From contig CAZREA010000004.1 in the NCBI GenBank assembly GCA_964599455.1, forward strand, positions 1,628-65,627: DNA of 64,000 nucleotides. The letters are read 5' to 3'. This DNA comes from an uncultured Gammaproteobacteria bacterium. GTDB lineage: Bacteria > Patescibacteriota > Patescibacteriia > UBA9934. Within the stretch, counting starts at the first letter, position 1, and each line of letters opens with the position of its first letter. A program made the translations under genes and the position numbers. The notes beneath the pieces were generated by a model. The model did no database searches. It was not told where the DNA came from and was given only the letters and a program-made list of their open reading frames with translations. Positions 26,501 to 34,585 of the stretch are shown one piece after another.

Positions 26501-27043
26501 ATGTTTGCATATCTTGAAGGTAGTGTTGCTGTCGTTGAACTTGATGCAGTTATTGTTGATGTTCAGGGTATTGGGTATCGGGTATTTACCGCACGACTTG
26601 ATGTTGCGGTTGGTGAAACGCGGCGATGGCATATTGTGGAGATTATTCGCGAAGATCGACATGATTTGTATGGCTTTCTCTCCACCGACGAAAAAGTACT
26701 TTTTGAAACCCTGATTGGCGTGCAAGGTGTTGGGCCAAAACTCGGCACCAAAATTATGAGTGCCGCTGTGGCTGATGATTTGCGTCGACATATTCTCACG
26801 AGCAACGTTGATTTTTTTGTCGGTATTAGTGGCGTAGGAAAGAAGACCGCGCAGAAAATTATCTTAGATTTGAAAGGTGTGCTCGTTGATCCTGGTGCGG
26901 GCATTGTCCATGATGAAGTCGCTGATGCCTTGGCGGCATTTGGATATACGAAGGATGATATCGCCGCCGTGATTCCACATTTGCGAGAAAAAGATTTGGC
27001 ATTGCGAGTGAAAGAGGCATTGAAAATGTTAGGAAGAAAATAA
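26501..27043 (+). CDS. ruvA: Holliday junction branch-migration protein RuvA
   Basis: Domain I 'GIGYRVF', domain II HhH 'GVGPKLG / GVGKKTAQKI', domain III. Confidence 0.85.
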   Translation: MFAYLEGSVAVVELDAVIVDVQGIGYRVFTARLDVAVGETRRWHIVEIIREDRHDLYGFLSTDEKVLFETLIGVQGVGPKLGTKIMSAAVADDLRRHILTSNVDFFVGISGVGKKTAQKIILDLKGVLVDPGAGIVHDEVADALAAFGYTKDDIAAVIPHLREKDLALRVKEALKMLGRK

Positions 27044-27055
27044 AAAAAACATCTT

Positions 27056-27997
27056 ATGGACGCCGCATCATGGGATCAACACGTGGCGCAATTTGCCCCG
27101 CCGTTTGGCGCGTTTTTGCAATCATGGGCCTGGGGCGAGGTGCAGATGTTGTTGGGTTTTCCTGTGAAAAAGATTTTTCGAGAAATTGATGGCAAACATA
27201 TTGTTGCACAAGCCATTTGGCAACCGTTGCCGCTTGGCACTTCGTATTGGTTTCTTCCCAAGGGTCCGCTCGGTGATGCGGATTCTCAGGCCATGTTGGC
27301 GGTTTTAAAGGAGGAATTATCCGACGGTGCTTTTATGAAACTTGAACCCACGCATGTTCCTGCTGATGCTCGGTACGCCGATGAACGACATCCCGCGCAC
27401 ACGGTTATTGTTCCGTTACAGGCTGATGCAGAAATGATGCTTGCTGCCATGAAGCCCAAGACCCGTTACAACATTCGTCTTGCGCAAAAGAAAGGTGTGC
27501 AGGTTGAATATGCTGATGCGTCGCAATTGGAGCGGTTTTTGCGTTTGATGCGAGTAACTGCCAAGCGTGATGGCTTTCATTTGCACACTGCAGATCGGTA
27601 TCGTGCGATTGTGGAGAAATTTTCTGGTAATAACTGTCGCGCCTTTCTTGTTTTTGCCACGTATGAAGGGAAAGATCTTGCCGCCAACATGATGATCGAT
27701 GCCTTTGGTACACGAACATATTTGCACGGCGCTTCGTCGAACGAAGACCGCGATGTGATGGCGCCGTATGCATTGCATTTCGCATTAATGCGCGACGCGG
27801 CACAGCGCGGATTGCACGCCTATGATTTTTGGGGCGTTGCGCCCGAAGATGCGGACGCTTCGCATGCCTGGTTGGGCATCACGCGCTTTAAGCTCGGCTT
27901 TGGTGGCGAGCGCATCAGTATGCCGGGAACGTTTGATGTGCCAATTTCCAAAATGAAATACGGCATCTACACCCTTGCACGAAAAGTTCGTCGATAG
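27056..27997 (+). CDS. FemAB-family peptidoglycan interpeptide-bridge peptidyltransferase-like protein
   Basis: FemX-like GNAT-fold duplication; ~310 aa. Confidence 0.65.
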   Translation: MDAASWDQHVAQFAPPFGAFLQSWAWGEVQMLLGFPVKKIFREIDGKHIVAQAIWQPLPLGTSYWFLPKGPLGDADSQAMLAVLKEELSDGAFMKLEPTHVPADARYADERHPAHTVIVPLQADAEMMLAAMKPKTRYNIRLAQKKGVQVEYADASQLERFLRLMRVTAKRDGFHLHTADRYRAIVEKFSGNNCRAFLVFATYEGKDLAANMMIDAFGTRTYLHGASSNEDRDVMAPYALHFALMRDAAQRGLHAYDFWGVAPEDADASHAWLGITRFKLGFGGERISMPGTFDVPISKMKYGIYTLARKVRR

Positions 27998-28404
27998 AAA
28001 ATAAAAAATCCCGAATCTCGGGATTTTTTATTATGGCTTTTTTGGTCCTCCTCGACGATGTTTTTTCCTGAAGTTGCTGCTAAATCTTTATAAGAAGGCA
28101 CGGGTGCAGATGATGTAGGAAGAATATTTTCAGTATTTACATCACCGTCGCTTGGTTCAACGAATCTATCAATAAAGTCTTCTTGATCAAGCCCATCATA
28201 TAATTTGAATCCTAGTGGAGTAAGTCCGCCCTCAAGAAGGTCTTTTAGCATTGTACGTTTTGTTTGAAGAGTGGCGCTCTGCCATGACACGGGGAATCCT
28301 TCTGTTGCATACTGCCTGGCAACTCTCTCTATACGTTCTTCGTCCATTGTTTTAACTTTACTTGCTAAAGATTCTTTTTCGATTATTCCTCTTGAGATTT
28401 CCAT
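27967..28404 (-). CDS. hypothetical protein (doubtful: ORF reads through the terminator hairpin)
   Basis: ORF only. Confidence 0.25.
   Translation of the reverse strand: MEISRGIIEKESLASKVKTMDEERIERVARQYATEGFPVSWQSATLQTKRTMLKDLLEGGLTPLGFKLYDGLDQEDFIDRFVEPSDGDVNTENILPTSSAPVPSYKDLAATSGKNIVEEDQKSHNKKSRDSGFFIFYRRTFRARV
28003..28031. terminator. bidirectional intrinsic terminator
   Basis: AAAAAATCCCGAatctCGGGATTTTTT. Confidence 0.65.
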
Positions 28405-28478
28405 AGGGATAATATTTTAAAGCTAGAATAGGAAGAAGTATATCGAAGTAAAGGATCTATTCACAGTGTAAAAAGATT

Positions 28479-28509
28479 GACGCCCGGCCTCACGAGGAGG
28501 TCGGGCGTC
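28479..28509 (-). terminator. GC-rich intrinsic terminator H4
   Basis: GACGCCCGGCCtcacgaggaGGTCGGGCGTC, T-run on minus strand; near-identical stem to H5. Confidence 0.6.
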
Positions 28510-28515
28510 ACGGTT

Positions 28516-29781
28516 TTACGCCTTCACTTCCGCCGAGTTGCGGATGGCGGTGGAGCTGATGTCCCACCGCCCTTTGATCTCGACGAACAGATCTTCGTAG
28601 CCTTCCGGGATACCGACGTCCCGCAGCGTTTCGAACCGGTTGCCGTTGGCCCGGCCCGCCACGTAGAACTTCGTTCCGAGCTCCCGGAATCGCTGACAGA
28701 TGTCTGCCGGCGTCAGGTCCTCGGTGCAGAAGTTCGGGTCGAGGAGGCGTCGCAGGGTGTCGACCCCCACCAGGAAGCCGACACTGGGGAAGAGAGCTGC
28801 TTTCTTGAGATAGATGCCCGCTTCCTTCAGCACGATCACGGCCCTACGACCGAAGAAGGTGCTGACTCGTCTGGCCATCTCGTCATCTGGCACCATGCCT
28901 TTGACGGGGTGGTCGGCGTTGAGCTGGCACACGACCTCCATGCCGGTCTGTTCCTCGCAGGCTCGGGCCATGGCTGCGTGGCCGCGATGCCAGTCATTGA
29001 ACGATCCGGCAAAGAGGATGTGTTTTTTGCCGTCGATGTGGTCGAGTCCGTAGCGGCTGCCATCCGGCCAGTAGACCGGCTCGCGGTAGAGCGTGCTCGG
29101 TTCGATTTTCGGTTCGATGATCCTCGGCCTGAGTACACAGCCGCCTTCGGTTCCCGTGATGTTCCCCTCCTCGATGAGGTCATCGTCCAGAGGGATCTGC
29201 GGCAGTCCAGCGGCGAACAGCAGGAGGTTGAGGCCGATGAGATCGACCTGGTCACCCTGTCGGTTGCGGACTTCTGCTCGCTGGCGAAAGGCCTCATCTT
29301 CATCTATCGGCTGGTTATGTAGCTTGTGGGTCTTGAAGAAGCCCACGTGCACGACCAGGAAGAAGTCTGGCAGGCGCAGGGCCACCCAGACCTCGTCGCT
29401 GCCCTTACGATCTTCACGTTTGCCATCCTTCTCGCGCTCGGTGGCCACACTGGCGGTTCCACCGAGACCAGCGGGCGTGCCCGTTCTGCTTTCGGCCTTC
29501 ATGATCTCGATTGATGTCTCGAAGGCTTGCTGAGCCATGGCCATTGCGGTCTCGCGAGCCACGGACTTGGGGACGCGGCGACTCAGGAGGTCGCCGAGGG
29601 CGTGACCGGCGTAAGGCAGGCCGCCGTTCAGGATGAGCCCGCTGCATCCGGGCACCTGCCACAATATCTTCTGCAGCCCTGCGCCCGCGCCGGTCATGTC
29701 GAGGGTCAGGCGCAGCGGGATATTGGTCTTGAGGAGGGCGAGCACGGCCTTGAAGGTGGGGGTTTTGGTGATATGGGGCAC
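28516..29781 (-). CDS. fusion protein: unknown Gly-rich N-terminal domain plus C-terminal NMN/NaMN adenylyltransferase (NadD/NMNAT family); GTG start with AGGAG SD
   Basis: 'ILFAGSFNDWHRGH' (HxGH nucleotidyltransferase) and C-terminal 'ISSTAIRN'; N-domain 'DMTGAGAGL..LNGGLPYAGHALG' unassigned; GC-rich. Confidence 0.55.
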   Translation of the reverse strand: MPHITKTPTFKAVLALLKTNIPLRLTLDMTGAGAGLQKILWQVPGCSGLILNGGLPYAGHALGDLLSRRVPKSVARETAMAMAQQAFETSIEIMKAESRTGTPAGLGGTASVATEREKDGKREDRKGSDEVWVALRLPDFFLVVHVGFFKTHKLHNQPIDEDEAFRQRAEVRNRQGDQVDLIGLNLLLFAAGLPQIPLDDDLIEEGNITGTEGGCVLRPRIIEPKIEPSTLYREPVYWPDGSRYGLDHIDGKKHILFAGSFNDWHRGHAAMARACEEQTGMEVVCQLNADHPVKGMVPDDEMARRVSTFFGRRAVIVLKEAGIYLKKAALFPSVGFLVGVDTLRRLLDPNFCTEDLTPADICQRFRELGTKFYVAGRANGNRFETLRDVGIPEGYEDLFVEIKGRWDISSTAIRNSAEVKA

Positions 29782-29930
29782 GGGAACTCCTGTTGTGATG
29801 TGAGTGTGATATGAGTTATGAACGAAGACTTTTCGAAAAATGCTCGCCGAAGCGAGGAAAGAAGGTAACAAAAAATTGACCAAAAGTCAATTTTCCTCAG
29901 TAATATTGGCAATAAGATTTGTACAAAAGA

Positions 29931-30022
29931 AAACAGCGCACCCTCAGAGTCGGCAGGAGCGTTTCACCCCGGGGGTGTTGGCTGTTTTCCTGTCGTACTC
30001 GACCCCGCAAGTCGGGGAGGGT
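29931..30022 (-). terminator. large GC-rich multi-hairpin 3' element after 30034..30459
   Basis: Outer 10-bp stem GCGCACCCTC/GAGGGTGCGC enclosing CACCCCGGGGGTG and CCCCGcaagtCGGGG; T-run on minus strand. Confidence 0.45.
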
Positions 30023-30033
30023 GCGCACGTTTG

Positions 30034-30459
30034 TTAATAGAATTTTGGCATGTTGGCGATGAGTGGGAGGCGACCCATCTCCTCTTTGTTCAGTGTCACG
30101 CGCCCGTCGTAACCGTTCATCCAGAAGCGGAAGGAGAGTCCTTGATGGTGTAGTGGCTCGCCCACAATCTCGGTGAACAGATGCCCATATTGCATGAGTG
30201 CGTACACCAGTGCTGCTTCGAGATTGCCGCCGAAGCTGAACAGATTAATGTTCAAGAATCGCAGCAGATCATCTCGTGAAATTCTTTGCGGAAATGGAAT
30301 CTGTGCATCCCCGCAAGTCAGCACGAGTGCGAAGTCGTCGGACTTCATGTCGAGAGGTTCCGCGAATCGAATCCCGACTGTTCCGTGAATGATGAGATTC
30401 CGGTCTTGTTGGACGTTGAGTTTTGGCCTGAGGCCCTTTTTTACGACTCTGTCTTCCAT
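30034..30459 (-). CDS. GC-cassette hypothetical protein (141 aa; internal ATG with AGGAG SD)
   Basis: ORF with SD; no recognisable domain. Confidence 0.45.
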   Translation of the reverse strand: MEDRVVKKGLRPKLNVQQDRNLIIHGTVGIRFAEPLDMKSDDFALVLTCGDAQIPFPQRISRDDLLRFLNINLFSFGGNLEAALVYALMQYGHLFTEIVGEPLHHQGLSFRFWMNGYDGRVTLNKEEMGRLPLIANMPKFY

Positions 30460-30568
30460 GACATCTCCTGTTGTTCGAAGGCGGAAGGTGTTCGAAAGCA
30501 ACCGTGAAGTATGGCATAAAATCTCTTTTTTGTCCAAAAAGTTTCAAAAGATATAAGAAAAAAAAGTT

Positions 30569-30600
30569 AACGCCCGGCCTCTTTGCAGAAGTCGGGCGTT
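30569..30600 (-). terminator. GC-rich intrinsic terminator H5
   Basis: AACGCCCGGCCtctttgcagaaGTCGGGCGTT, T-run on minus strand. Confidence 0.6.
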
Positions 30601-30636
30601 ACGGTTGTGTGAAGTGGGATGTGGCGATGATGAAGC

Positions 30637-31173
30637 TTACACCTTCACGCGACGGGGAGCGAGGATGTATCCGTCGCTGCCGTCCCGTGTAATGTCCGCC
30701 CCTTCGCGGACTTGCTCTGGTGCGATGCGCAGGGGTATTGGAGGGCGGCCGGCTGCGTGCAGGAGAAGACTGCTCGCCACGATGATCCGCGTCTCGCTGC
30801 GAGGATTGCGGAATGCGAGATCGACCTCTGCGTCGATGACGAAGTCGACACAGACGACGAGCACATCTTTCTCGCCAGCAAACAGAGTGATGAAGGCCGT
30901 GTCGCCCTCCGAAAGACCGATGCCGATCGCTGCGCCCGGTTGCTCGCGAGCGTGAATATACCTTCGTACTCGCTCCCAAGCAGCACCTGCCTGATCGATG
31001 GCCTCCGCCTCGCTGGAGTTTCGCGATTTGTTGGAGATGAGGGATCCAAGCAGGAGTCCTGCTTGAGAAAAGGTGTGTCCAACAAGGGGCGCGGTTGCGC
31101 CTCCCTCGATCCCGATCACGAGGTCGGGTCGTTGCCTGGCTAAACCTCGCAGGGTTCTGTGCGGTGTGGTCAC
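30637..31173 (-). CDS. GC-cassette hypothetical protein (178 aa; GTG start with GAGGAGGA SD)
   Basis: 'LVIGIEGGATAPLVGHTF..AIGIGLSEGD' motifs, unassigned; GC-rich. Confidence 0.45.
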   Translation of the reverse strand: MTTPHRTLRGLARQRPDLVIGIEGGATAPLVGHTFSQAGLLLGSLISNKSRNSSEAEAIDQAGAAWERVRRYIHAREQPGAAIGIGLSEGDTAFITLFAGEKDVLVVCVDFVIDAEVDLAFRNPRSETRIIVASSLLLHAAGRPPIPLRIAPEQVREGADITRDGSDGYILAPRRVKV

Positions 31174-31325
31174 GTGGTCCTCCTCGTCGATTGATGTGGG
31201 ATGTCGTCAGCAGTCGACGCACAAGACTATCCATTTTTCTTTTTCTTGTCCATTTGCTTGTGTGATGAAGAAACAAGAGGGAGTTTGTGCACATATTGTC
31301 CACAGGTTCGTGGTAAAATAGTGAC

Positions 31326-31886
31326 ATGCGGATGGGAATTGATGCACGAATGTACGGATTACCGATTGGCGGTGGCGGAATTGGCCGCTATGTCGCATCG
31401 TTAGTAAACCATCTGCAAGCAATTGATCACGAAAATACGTATGTGATCTTTCTGCAAAAAGAAAACTTTCATGATTTTGTTGTTACGCAAGCAAACTTCT
31501 CAAAGCAGTTGATCGACATCATTCCTTATAGCTGGGCTGAACAATTTCAGTTTCCAAAAGCGATTGCCTTATCTCGGGTTCAGGTAATGCACTATCCGCA
31601 TGGTCATGCGCCGGTGTGGTCGAGCGTACCGTTTGTCGTCACGTTGCATGACGAAACAATCGCACGTGGACTGCAAAATATGGCCCGACGCTATGCACTT
31701 GAACATGCCGTGCATGGTGCGCGTCATATCATGACATCTACGCATGAAACGAAACAGAACATCTTAAATCATTTCCGTGTAAAGCCCCAAAAGATTTCGG
31801 TGATTGCTGATGAGTTCGATCAACCCATTTCTTGTGCCAAACAAACGCATGCAACCTACATGACGCATGCCATCCCTCGCCTGTGA
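31326..31886 (+). CDS. GT4 glycosyltransferase, N-terminal domain only (186 aa; possible truncated remnant)
   Basis: 'MRMGIDARMYGLPIGGGGIGRYV' GT4 N-domain; no C-terminal catalytic half; overlaps the next ORF. Confidence 0.35.
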   Translation: MRMGIDARMYGLPIGGGGIGRYVASLVNHLQAIDHENTYVIFLQKENFHDFVVTQANFSKQLIDIIPYSWAEQFQFPKAIALSRVQVMHYPHGHAPVWSSVPFVVTLHDETIARGLQNMARRYALEHAVHGARHIMTSTHETKQNILNHFRVKPQKISVIADEFDQPISCAKQTHATYMTHAIPRL

Positions 31887-34582
31887 GCAACCCCCTTTCT
31901 CAACATCCCTTCGACGATGCGCTACCCGAGCGCTTACTTGGTCGTACGCATAAAGAAGATGAACAGCGCACCGCCATTCCTTTGCACCGTGAAGCAACGG
32001 TGTTGTCGCCTTACATTGTCAAAGTGACGCACGATGCCGCCATTGCGCACTTTTCTCAAGGTGCATATGTTATCGAAGATGCTGATATCTTTCCCGATGA
32101 AGCACCACTCGTGGAATTGCGTGATGGCACCATTACCGTCTTGCCCGATGAAGTGGCGGCACAATTAGCTGAAATCGATACACCTCTCGAATTGCCGATC
32201 TTGGCACCCTATCCTGCCATTGCCCAAGCATGGGATAAAGCCGTGCCGGAAAATTTTGTTGTACAAACCGATCCGGTAGATATTTTTGCGCATTTAATTG
32301 AACAGAACATGGACATGTCTGACCCGTCCATGGCCGATGATGCGGATCGTGGGGGTTTGGCATTACCAAACCCCTCACTTGAATTGAACCAAGACGTTAT
32401 TGTTGCGCCAATGATCGACGGCATGCATATCGAATACGCCGACGGAACGGTGATGATGTTGGAAGGGGACGAAGGGGGAGGCGGGGTAAAAGGGGACGAG
32501 GACGCACCGTACGTCATTGCGAGGAGGAAGGCTTTGCCGACCGACGAAGCAATCTCTAAATCCGCGGACGCGCACGCATCCGAATCATGGCCCGTTCTAT
32601 TTTGGCGTCATGCTCGTCACGCTACTGCCTTTTCGGCATTAGCTGCGGTTTTACTTCTTCCTCTGCATACCTATCAAGTGTTTGCGCGTGCGCGTCAAAC
32701 GCAGGCAACGGTTGTTGCTGAAGGACAAAGTGGTTTGTCGGCCTTTTTGCGCGGAGCCAATGCTGCCTCTTCCGAAGATTTCCAAGGTGCCGAAAAAGAT
32801 TTTGCGCAAGCAGCTGCTTTCTTTTCTTCGGCCAAAGATTCATTTGATTCGTTGCATGGGGTGATTGTGGCCGCGGTCAGTGTTATTCCTTCCACAAATA
32901 CCACACTCGAAACCGGCACAGCGCTTGTAGATATGGGTGAACGGTTAGCTCGCGCGTCGTCACTCTTAGCGCAAGCAGGTGAAGATATTCGCAACGCCGA
33001 AGCATTGAGTGTCACTGATAAAATTGAGGTATTGCGTGCCTATACCAAACAGGCACTTCCTGAAATGCAAGCAGCAAGTCGAGCAGCAGAAAAAGTTGAT
33101 CTAGCACTTATTCCCGCCGATCAATATGACGTGGTGGCGCAAGCGATTGCTTCAACCAAAACATTCGCCTCTTCGCTTGAGGAGTTTGATCATTTTGCTG
33201 GACTTCTCGCCATGTTGCTCGGCGGTGATGGCAAAAAAGAATATCTATTCGCTTTCCAAAACAATACCGAGTTACGTCCAACCGGTGGTTTTATTGGTAG
33301 CTTTGCCGAATTAAGTTTTGATGATGGTGCACTCGTCGATATGCATGTTCCTGGCGGCGGCAGTTACGACGTGCAGGGGCAACTGAAAGAATTCGTCGCA
33401 GCTCCAGGGCCGTTGCAATTGTTACGTGCACGCTGGGAATTCCAAGATGCGAACTGGTTCCCTGATTTCCCCACCTCGGCCAGAAAAATGTTGTGGTTTT
33501 ATGAAGCGAGCGGTGGTCCCACTATGGATGGCGTTGTCGCGGTCAATGCCACGCTCGTTCCGGACTTGTTGCAGATACTCGGTCCTATCGACATGCCGGC
33601 GTATGACAAAACCATTAATGCCGAAAATTTTCTGTTTGAAACGCAAAAGATCGTTGAATTCGAATACGATACAATAGAAAATAAACCTAAAGCGTTCATC
33701 GGTGATTTAGCGGCAGCACTTTTAGCAAAGATCGAACAGGCCGATACGCCGACGTTATTGCAGATCATTGCCGCCATGGGTCAGGCATTGTCTGATCGTG
33801 ATGTGCAGATTTATTTTTCCGACAATGATGCACAAGCCTTGATGACAGAGGTGGGCTGGTCGGGAGAACTCAAGCAAACCTCGGGTGATTACCTGATGCT
33901 CGTGCACACCAATCTGGGAGGAGGGAAGACTGATGGTGTAATCACCCAAGATGTACAAGTCGATGTCACTATTGCTGAAGACGGAACCGTTGAAAACACG
34001 GTTACGCTCACTAAAACGCATCATGGCATGAAAAATGCCTTGTTGAGCGGCGTGAACAATGTCGATTATGTGCGTTTGTATGTTCCGGTCGGCAGCGAGC
34101 TCGTGTCGGCATCCGGATTTGAGATTCCTTCAGAAACACTTTTTGAACAATCTGATATTCCGCTCGGTATCGACGAAGATTTGGCACTTGCCATGCATGA
34201 TGTGCAAAAAGATCCGTGGTCGCGTACTGATGTGTGGGAAGAGCAGGGAAAAACGGTGTTTGGTAATTGGATACAAACAGCGCCTGGAGAAACACAATCG
34301 GTAAGTTTTACATATCGTTTACCTGCTAAGGTCTTTACGCAAGATACGCAGTGGGGCGCGATCGGCAAATTCGTGGGCATTCGCGATGCGCTGGGATACT
34401 CACTCTTTATCCAAAAGCAATCAGGCGTCCAACATCAAAATGTACAGGTGAACGTCAACATTCCTGCTGTATTGAAAACCGTGTGGACCTCATTTGCAAA
34501 AGATGGAGAATCGACGACCGACATTTTACTGTCAGAACAGCAGCACGATACCTTCTTTGGCTGGGTTTTTGAGCGTCTTTAA
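31832..34582 (+). CDS. large membrane-anchored DUF4012-family protein (start uncertain)
   Basis: TM helix then 'NNTELRPTGGFIGSF' DUF4012 signature; 916-aa ORF. Confidence 0.55.
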   Translation: MCQTNACNLHDACHPSPVSNPLSQHPFDDALPERLLGRTHKEDEQRTAIPLHREATVLSPYIVKVTHDAAIAHFSQGAYVIEDADIFPDEAPLVELRDGTITVLPDEVAAQLAEIDTPLELPILAPYPAIAQAWDKAVPENFVVQTDPVDIFAHLIEQNMDMSDPSMADDADRGGLALPNPSLELNQDVIVAPMIDGMHIEYADGTVMMLEGDEGGGGVKGDEDAPYVIARRKALPTDEAISKSADAHASESWPVLFWRHARHATAFSALAAVLLLPLHTYQVFARARQTQATVVAEGQSGLSAFLRGANAASSEDFQGAEKDFAQAAAFFSSAKDSFDSLHGVIVAAVSVIPSTNTTLETGTALVDMGERLARASSLLAQAGEDIRNAEALSVTDKIEVLRAYTKQALPEMQAASRAAEKVDLALIPADQYDVVAQAIASTKTFASSLEEFDHFAGLLAMLLGGDGKKEYLFAFQNNTELRPTGGFIGSFAELSFDDGALVDMHVPGGGSYDVQGQLKEFVAAPGPLQLLRARWEFQDANWFPDFPTSARKMLWFYEASGGPTMDGVVAVNATLVPDLLQILGPIDMPAYDKTINAENFLFETQKIVEFEYDTIENKPKAFIGDLAAALLAKIEQADTPTLLQIIAAMGQALSDRDVQIYFSDNDAQALMTEVGWSGELKQTSGDYLMLVHTNLGGGKTDGVITQDVQVDVTIAEDGTVENTVTLTKTHHGMKNALLSGVNNVDYVRLYVPVGSELVSASGFEIPSETLFEQSDIPLGIDEDLALAMHDVQKDPWSRTDVWEEQGKTVFGNWIQTAPGETQSVSFTYRLPAKVFTQDTQWGAIGKFVGIRDALGYSLFIQKQSGVQHQNVQVNVNIPAVLKTVWTSFAKDGESTTDILLSEQQHDTFFGWVFERL

Positions 34583-34585
34583 TCT

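Noticed and set aside
20930-31200. Integron gene-cassette array (attC sites) to explain the gene-plus-hairpin modules
   Set aside because: The cassettes are dispersed, not arrayed. Each has its own SD and functions as a terminator with T-run. No intI, attI or GTTRRRY core sites were found.
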